Source: an uncultured bacterium (GTDB taxonomy: Bacteria > Lernaellota > Lernaellaia > Lernaellales > Lernaellaceae). From it: a stretch of DNA of 11,532 bases. The position numbers and the translations under genes are program-made. The stretch is from NCBI GenBank assembly GCA_964534375.1, contig CAZHPN010000184.1, positions 1-11,532 of the forward strand, in the 5' to 3' direction. A model generated the notes under the pieces. It searched no databases, had not been told where the DNA came from, and worked only from the letters and a program-made list of their open reading frames with translations. The stretch's first letter is position 1. Every line of letters starts with the position of its first letter. Of this stretch, positions 7,102-11,532 are shown one piece after another.

Positions 7102-7505
7102 CAGGGCAAACGCCTCTAAGCGCCCAACACCGCGTCGGGGGGCGCTTGTCCGGCGGCGATTTTTTCCAAGGGCATCGCGGCGAAAACGCGGCTATGCGTG
7201 TCGTGCGACGGAATGCCGTTCGGGAGTTCCAGAACCGTGCCGAGCCACGGGCGCTGCGCCAGGCCAAGGGTCTCCATGTCCGTGAATCCCGCGCCCCCGC
7301 AGTCCAGGCAGCAGACGCCGATGACCAGGATGTCGATCGGCTGGCGCAAGCGGCCGAGATCGGGGAAATGGAACGGGGCAAGGTCTGTCCCATGAAGGAT
7401 CGCGAGCACTTCCCTCACCAAACCTGGCAGGCGGGGCGCAATGTGGTCCGCTATGTCCACCGAGACTCGGTCCGACCAGACCTAACTGCAGATGCGTTTA
7501 CCCTG
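7102..7505 (-). mobile_element. Internally deleted (non-autonomous) ISAs1-family insertion sequence, 404 bp
   Basis: Terminal inverted repeats CAGGGCAAACGCCTCT (7102-7117) and AGATGCGTTTACCCTG (7490-7505; reverse complement CAGGGTAAACGCATCT), 14/16 identical. They enclose an ISAs1 transposase N-terminal fragment. No clear target-site duplication. Confidence 0.85.
7116..7460 (-). pseudogene. ISAs1-family (H-repeat-associated) transposase remnant: N-terminal domain only, DDE core missing
   Basis: IDILVIGVCCLDCGGAGFTDMETLGLAQRPWLGTVLELPNGIPSHDTHSRVF matches the ISAs1 N-terminal signature (DIL.I......G...L.L.nGIPSHDT..RVF). 114 aa, far shorter than a full transposase. Confidence 0.85.
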
Positions 7506-7712
7506 CGCCCGCTGCGCGAACGCCGTCTCGCGGGCCGCTTCCCTCCGGCCGGCCGCTTTTCGCGCGGTTTCTTTTCGACTTTTCCGTGGCGAAAAACGTT
7601 GGAAAAAAAATAGCGCCGTTATTACATTGATTGCTGTGCACAAAAACGAGGCCCGCCGCCGGCGTGGGCGGCCCGGGCGACGAAGCGATGAATGTCGATG
7701 GGGGGCGCAATT

Positions 7713-8684
7713 ATGGAACGTAGCCGCCGGCGAATCGCCGCGGTGGACCCCGACGGCGAACGCGGCCGGCGGTTGCTCGAGTTGATCGAGGCCGAAGACT
7801 GCGCCGGGGTGCATCTGTCCGACTGGGATCGAGCTCTGCAGGAAATTTACAACGACCCGCCGGACCTCATAATTTTGGCGGCGGAGGGCCGGCGCTGGAA
7901 GGCGACGCTGCGGAACCTGAAAACCGATCCGGTGTTCGGGCACCTGCCTGTGCTGGCGTTGATGGAGCCGGCGACCTTGGTGACGGGCGCGCCGTTCGCG
8001 ACCCTGCCGGTCGACGATTTCTGCTTCCTGCCGCTCGACGACCACGAACTGCGCCTGCGCATTCGGCTGGCGATCGAAAAGGCCGCGCGGCGGCTCGACG
8101 CCAATCCACTGTCGCGCCTGCCCGGGGTTCACGCGGCGATCGCCGCCGTGCAACAGCGCATCGACGAGAAGAGGCCCTTCGCCTTCGCCCTCGTCGACAT
8201 CGACACGCTGCAGGCGTTCAACGACCGGTACGGCTTCGCCCGCGGCGACGAGGTCATTCGCATGACCGCGCGCGTGCTGGCCAACACCGTCCGCAGTTTT
8301 CCGGACGCGCGGGGCTTCGTCGCGCACCTCGGCGGCGACGACTTCGCGCTGGCGGTCGACCCGTCGGCGCTGGAATCCCTCAGCCGCGAGGCGCTCGTGC
8401 AATTCGACATGCTCGCGCCGACCTTTTATGACGATGCCGACCGTCAACGGGGCGGCGTCGAAATCCTCGACCGGCAGGGCAACCGGCGCGTTTTCCCGCT
8501 CGTGACGCTATCGATTGCCGCGGTCTGTTCGAGCAATCACGACTTCACGCACTACGGCCAGTTCGCGGCGGTGGCGACCGACGTGAAGAAAAAGGTCAAG
8601 GCGATGGCGGGCTCGAACTGCCTGCTCGACCGCCGCTGCACGAAGGTCGACGAACCGACCGACGAAACGCCGCGGGTGAATTGA
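7713..8684 (+). CDS. Receiver-like domain + GGDEF-family (GGDDF) signalling protein, 323 aa
   Basis: ATG 7713 preceded by GGGGGG (alternative starts 7692/7698). N-terminal REC fold (IAAVD, PPDLIIL, HLPVLAL, VDDFCFLPLDDHELRLRI). Then DANPLSRLPG, DIDTLQAFNDRYGFARGD, HLGGDDF (GGDDF at 8331-8345) and TLSIA. Confidence 0.88.
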   Translation: MERSRRRIAAVDPDGERGRRLLELIEAEDCAGVHLSDWDRALQEIYNDPPDLIILAAEGRRWKATLRNLKTDPVFGHLPVLALMEPATLVTGAPFATLPVDDFCFLPLDDHELRLRIRLAIEKAARRLDANPLSRLPGVHAAIAAVQQRIDEKRPFAFALVDIDTLQAFNDRYGFARGDEVIRMTARVLANTVRSFPDARGFVAHLGGDDFALAVDPSALESLSREALVQFDMLAPTFYDDADRQRGGVEILDRQGNRRVFPLVTLSIAAVCSSNHDFTHYGQFAAVATDVKKKVKAMAGSNCLLDRRCTKVDEPTDETPRVN

Positions 8685-8712
8685 TCCGCATCCGGCCGAG
8701 AACTCGGCGTCG

Positions 8713-8740
8713 CCTTTGGCCGCATCCAAAGGTTCTTTTT
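8713..8740 (+). terminator. Intrinsic terminator after the GGDEF gene
   Basis: CCTTTGG-ccgcat-CCAAAGG (8713-8732) followed directly by TTCTTTTT. A second small palindrome, GCCGAG-aa-CTCGGC, lies at 8695-8708. Confidence 0.65.
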
Positions 8741-8770
8741 GCCCCAGATGAACGCAGATGGCCGCAGATA
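8741..8770. repeat. 10-nt x3 tandem repeat (nnCGCAGATG)
   Basis: GCCCCAGATG AACGCAGATG GCCGCAGATA in the convergent intergenic gap. Confidence 0.7.
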
Positions 8771-8814
8771 CGGCACAGGCCATGCGGTCCGGGCACGGCC
8801 GGTTTCGCAAGCGC

Positions 8815-9540
8815 TCAGTTTGTCGCGGTGATGCCGCCGCCGAAGCGCACGCCGAGGGAGACGAAGCCGCCGAACATCTGGGTTCGCGGGCCCTTGCCGT
8901 AGGCGTCGATGTCGCCGGCGTCGCCGCCGGCGGTGATGCTCCACGCTTCGGTGGTCAGCGGCGCGTAGCCGCCGACGGTCAACGACCACACCATGCCGAT
9001 CAGGCCGTTTTCTTTGTGATAAAGAATGGGGGTCCATTCGGCGGTCAGGCCGAGGCGGCCGAGCCAGGCGTTGCGATTGAAGGTCAAGTTGTCGTCGCCG
9101 TTGGGGATGCCGATGCCCTGGTAGCGGCCGGTCACGCCGTCGAGTACGAAATTGAGCGACGACAAACCGACGCCGAGTTCCGGGCGCAGCCGCCAGCACG
9201 GCGTCGCGATGGCGTCGTAACCGACGGACAACGTGTAATAGCCGCCCGCGAAACTGACGTCGGATTGCTTGCCGCCCTCGTACAGCAGAAACGTGTGGCC
9301 TTCCAGGATGAGGTGAAAATTCTGTTGCAGGACCAGTTGCAGATTCCAACCGATCGCCGGCGCGACCGGCGAAAAGCGGTGGATTCCCGCCGGGCGGAGA
9401 AAGCTGTTCATGCCGCTCATGTCGATGATCAGCGGTTGGATGTCCAGTCCGCCGTAGATGCCCCAAAGCAGACTGTCGCCGGCCCCGGCCGCGCCGGTCA
9501 GCAGGACGATCAACAAGCCGGCAAGCAAGATCTTGCGCAT
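8815..9540 (-). CDS. Exported hypothetical protein, probable outer-membrane beta-barrel, 241 aa
   Basis: Start moved to ATG 9540 (GGAGGG upstream). Signal peptide MRKILLAGLLIVLLTGAAGA. Many alternating Gly/aromatic amphipathic strands (YYTLSVGY, RLGLTAEW, WSLTVGGY). C-terminal strand FVSLGVRF. Confidence 0.7.
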   Translation of the reverse strand: MRKILLAGLLIVLLTGAAGAGDSLLWGIYGGLDIQPLIIDMSGMNSFLRPAGIHRFSPVAPAIGWNLQLVLQQNFHLILEGHTFLLYEGGKQSDVSFAGGYYTLSVGYDAIATPCWRLRPELGVGLSSLNFVLDGVTGRYQGIGIPNGDDNLTFNRNAWLGRLGLTAEWTPILYHKENGLIGMVWSLTVGGYAPLTTEAWSITAGGDAGDIDAYGKGPRTQMFGGFVSLGVRFGGGITATN

Positions 9541-9566
9541 CAATTTCCCTCCGGTGAAGCCGCGCC

Positions 9567-9595
9567 AGGATAGCACATCTCCGCCGGCTTGTCGG
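9567..9595 (-). promoter_or_regulatory. Possible extended -10 sigma70 promoter for the beta-barrel gene
   Basis: Minus strand TGcTATCCT (9575-9567), with CCGACA (9595-9590) 17 bp upstream of the hexamer. Confidence 0.45.
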
Positions 9596-9618
9596 CAACG
9601 GAGCGGGGCCGCGCCGCG

Positions 9619-9650
9619 ATAAAGAAAAGGCCGGCCTCGCGCGGCCGGCC
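9619..9650 (-). terminator. Intrinsic terminator after the OmpA-like gene
   Basis: 8-bp stem GGCCGGCC (9629-9636 / 9643-9650) with a 6-nt loop, followed on the minus strand by TTTTCTTTAT. Confidence 0.8.
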
Positions 9651-9672
9651 GTCGGTATTGTCGCAGTCGCGG

Positions 9673-10473
9673 TTACTCGGTCGTCCCGACTTCGGAGGTC
9701 AACTTCGCCGGTCGTTCGAAGACCACGGTCAGGTCCACCCGGCGCCGTTCGGGGTCTTTCTTGCCGGTGGAAGCGACGGGCGCCGCGGAGACCGCGGCAG
9801 CCGCGGGCGGCGGCGCGTTCTTGTCTTTCGGCGTCGCGCTGGCGACAAAACCGGCGGGGTGGCCGTCAAGGGCCTGCATGAAGACATGCGCGGCCGGGAA
9901 GCCGTTGGTCGTCAGGTAGAAACGGGTCACGAGGGCGCGGCGTTGCGCCAGGGCCATGTTCTCGTCTTCCGTGCCCGGCGGATCGGTGTAGGCGGTGAGC
10001 ACGACGTAGAACTTGTGGTTGGCGTACATGGCGTTGAGATACGCGAGGGCCTTATCCAGCTTCTCGCGTTCCGCGGGTTTGATCGAATTGGAAGAGAAAT
10101 CGAAATAAATCGAGGTCTTGAAGTTCTTCAACTCGTCCGGCGGCCCGCCGGCCTGCTCGGTCACGGCGGCAGCCACGGGCGTCGAATGCGCCATCGCGCA
10201 TTTCTTGGCGAAATCGGCGAGCGCGACCGTTTGGTCGGCCGCTTTCGCCGCCTGGTCGGTTTGGTCGACCGCGAGCAGTTGCGTCTGCTGCAGTTTCATT
10301 TCGGCGCTGGCGAATTCGTCCGGGCAGAGTTTCATCGCTCCGGCGGCCTTGGCGTCGTCAACCGCCTTCTTCGCGGCGTCGATCTTCGGGGTCAGAACGT
10401 CGGTTTTCGCGGCGCAGCCGGCGAGCAACGCCACCGCGCACAGAACGCACAGAATGCCAGCGATCCGGTTCAT
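9673..10473 (-). CDS. OmpA/Pal-like peptidoglycan-binding lipoprotein with N-terminal DUF4398-like helical domain
   Basis: 266 aa, GGGAGG RBS. Lipobox LLAG-C. AKKAVDDAKAAGAMKLCPDEFASAEMKL is DUF4398-like. OmpA-C motifs IYFDFSS, AYTDPPGTEDENMALAQRRA and RRVDL. Confidence 0.85.
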   Translation of the reverse strand: MNRIAGILCVLCAVALLAGCAAKTDVLTPKIDAAKKAVDDAKAAGAMKLCPDEFASAEMKLQQTQLLAVDQTDQAAKAADQTVALADFAKKCAMAHSTPVAAAVTEQAGGPPDELKNFKTSIYFDFSSNSIKPAEREKLDKALAYLNAMYANHKFYVVLTAYTDPPGTEDENMALAQRRALVTRFYLTTNGFPAAHVFMQALDGHPAGFVASATPKDKNAPPPAAAAVSAAPVASTGKKDPERRRVDLTVVFERPAKLTSEVGTTE

Positions 10474-10540
10474 GATTTCCCTCCCGGACGAACGGTCCCG
10501 TCCGTCGACTCAAAGGGCAGCAATGCAGCGAACCTTCCTT

Positions 10541-10569
10541 TTTATAGCGTACACGCCAGCCGCCCGCAA
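10541..10569 (-). promoter_or_regulatory. Predicted sigma70 promoter for the OmpA-like gene
   Basis: Minus strand TTGCGG (10569-10564) - 17 bp - TATAAA (10546-10541). Confidence 0.6.
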
Positions 10570-10575
10570 GCCGAA

Positions 10576-11403
10576 TTAATGAAGATTTTTCAGCTTTTTC
10601 CGCGCGATGTCGGCTTCCTTGCTGCGCGGAAACTGCTGGATGACCTTCTCGTAGAAAAGTTTCGCGTCCGCCATATCGCCTTTCTGGTAGAAGGCGATGG
10701 CCGTATTCAACAGCGCCTCGGAGAAGTGCGTCGTTTGCGGATATTGGTGCATCAGCGTGTCGAACGCCAGAATGGAATCGTCCCAGCTCTCCTGTTTAAA
10801 CATGCTGGACGCGACGTAGTACTGGGCGTCGGCGCACTTCGGGCTCTTCTTATATTGCGTGAGGAATTGCCGGAACTGCGTCTTGGCCGATTCCAAGTTG
10901 CCCTGGTTGTAGAAGGCGACGCCTTGTTTGAACAGGTCGTCTTCAGTCAGCTTGTCCGCGCCCGCCGGCGGGATCGGAGCGGCGCCCGCGGCGCCGGTGA
11001 AGTCGCCCAGATTGCCGCGATCCACGTTGGTTACTTTGGCCCTCTTCTCCAGGGTCGCCAGGCGGACGTCGATCGCCTCGAACTGGCGCGCCAACTGCCG
11101 CCGCAGCATCGTAATCTGCTGCGGCGTCAACTGCTCGTGGCCAATGGCGTCGACCTTGCCCTGCAGAATTTGCAGGTCGTTCTGCAACTGGTTGAACCCG
11201 AGCACGGCGTCGCCGGCGGCCTGCGTGCTGGCGTCGAAGCGGGTTTTCAGGTCCGCGTTTTGCTTCTCCATGTCGTCGAGCCGCTTTTCCAGCGTGCCGA
11301 TCTGCACCTGCATCTCGGCGCCCTCGCTGGTCTTGACACAGCCGGCCAGCGCGAGCGCGAGCCCGATCGACAACCACAAGCCTGCAATAAGACGCATAGG
11401 CAT
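10576..11403 (-). CDS. cpoB: Tol-Pal-associated cell division coordinator CpoB/YbgF-like lipoprotein
   Basis: 275 aa, AAGGAG RBS. Lipobox LALAG-C, coiled-coil middle, three C-terminal TPRs (FRQFLTQYKKSPKCADAQYY...; YEKVIQQFPRSKEADIARKKL). Confidence 0.82.
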   Translation of the reverse strand: MPMRLIAGLWLSIGLALALAGCVKTSEGAEMQVQIGTLEKRLDDMEKQNADLKTRFDASTQAAGDAVLGFNQLQNDLQILQGKVDAIGHEQLTPQQITMLRRQLARQFEAIDVRLATLEKRAKVTNVDRGNLGDFTGAAGAAPIPPAGADKLTEDDLFKQGVAFYNQGNLESAKTQFRQFLTQYKKSPKCADAQYYVASSMFKQESWDDSILAFDTLMHQYPQTTHFSEALLNTAIAFYQKGDMADAKLFYEKVIQQFPRSKEADIARKKLKNLH

Positions 11404-11433
11404 GAACCGTCACTCCTTAAGCTTTACGCTCCG

Positions 11434-11462
11434 ACAATAACAACACGGAGGCGACTTGACAA
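11434..11462 (-). promoter_or_regulatory. Predicted sigma70 promoter for cpoB
   Basis: Minus strand TTGTCA (11462-11457) - 17 bp - TATTGT (11439-11434), with an extended -10 TG. Confidence 0.7.
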
Positions 11463-11481
11463 GAAACCATCGGGCCGGCGC

Positions 11482-11532
11482 CAGGGCGAACGCATCTAAA
11501 TTCCGAGCAACTTTTTCAGGTAGTCCGGTTTC
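11482..11532 (-). mobile_element. Right end of a second ISAs1-family IS, continuing beyond the window
   Basis: CAGGGCGAACGCATCTAA (11482-11499) is 16/18 identical to 7102-7119. The minus-strand frame ending at the repeat resembles an ISAs1 transposase C-terminus. Confidence 0.75.
11496..11531 (-). CDS. C-terminal tip of a probable ISAs1-family transposase (partial)
   Basis: Reads ...KPDYLKKLLGI* (TAG at 11498-11496), resembling the dYL.kvL terminus of ISAs1 transposases. The stop has the same offset from the IS end as in the 7102 element. Only 11 codons are visible. Confidence 0.65.
   Translation of the reverse strand, partial: KPDYLKKLLGI

Noticed and set aside
7046..7393. N-terminal extension of the methyltransferase (310-aa ORF)
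   Set aside because: It is an alternate frame across the IS remnant, and a promoter is predicted right before ATG 7045.
7555..7650. Riboswitch or structured ncRNA in the T-rich/A-rich leader of the GGDEF gene
   Set aside because: Only weak pairing between T and A runs, and no aptamer consensus recognisable by eye. An Rfam/Infernal scan would settle it.
8196..8345. Hypr-type (GacA-like) 3',3'-cGAMP synthase
   Set aside because: The guanine-specifying Asp (PleD D344 equivalent, in YGFARGD) is retained rather than replaced by Ser.
11456..11461. Perfect TTGACA on the + strand as a promoter firing into the IS
   Set aside because: No -10-like hexamer lies 16-18 bp downstream. It overlaps the minus-strand cpoB -35.
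7102..11532. Composite transposon carrying GGDEF-barrel-OmpA-cpoB between two directly oriented ISAs1 copies
   Set aside because: The cargo looks like native envelope genes with host-like composition, the two IS copies are diverged, and the far end is outside the window. Independent insertions are simpler.

Overview
GC-rich chromosomal window from a diderm (lipid A-making) bacterium, mostly housekeeping and envelope genes. In order: 3' part of a retropepsin-like aspartic protease (+), lipid A acyltransferase (-), SurA/PrsA-like lipoprotein lacking a PPIase domain and ending in a GroEL-like GGM tail (-), polA (+) overlapping a membrane-anchored thermonuclease-like gene with substituted catalytic residues (+), a ~260-bp nested palindrome, SAM methyltransferase (-), a 404-bp internally deleted ISAs1-family element with both terminal inverted repeats, a pseudo-receiver/GGDDF protein (+), a putative outer-membrane beta-barrel (-), a DUF4398/OmpA-like lipoprotein (-), cpoB/ybgF (-), and at the window edge the right end of a second ISAs1-family element. 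The most striking observation is that both ISAs1 right ends lie in the same orientation exactly 19 bp upstream of the -35 box of a predicted sigma70 promoter, behind a near-identical GGGCCGGCnC flank. This suggests promoter-guided insertion, but rests on n=2. All family assignments are by-eye motif recognition; no searches were run.
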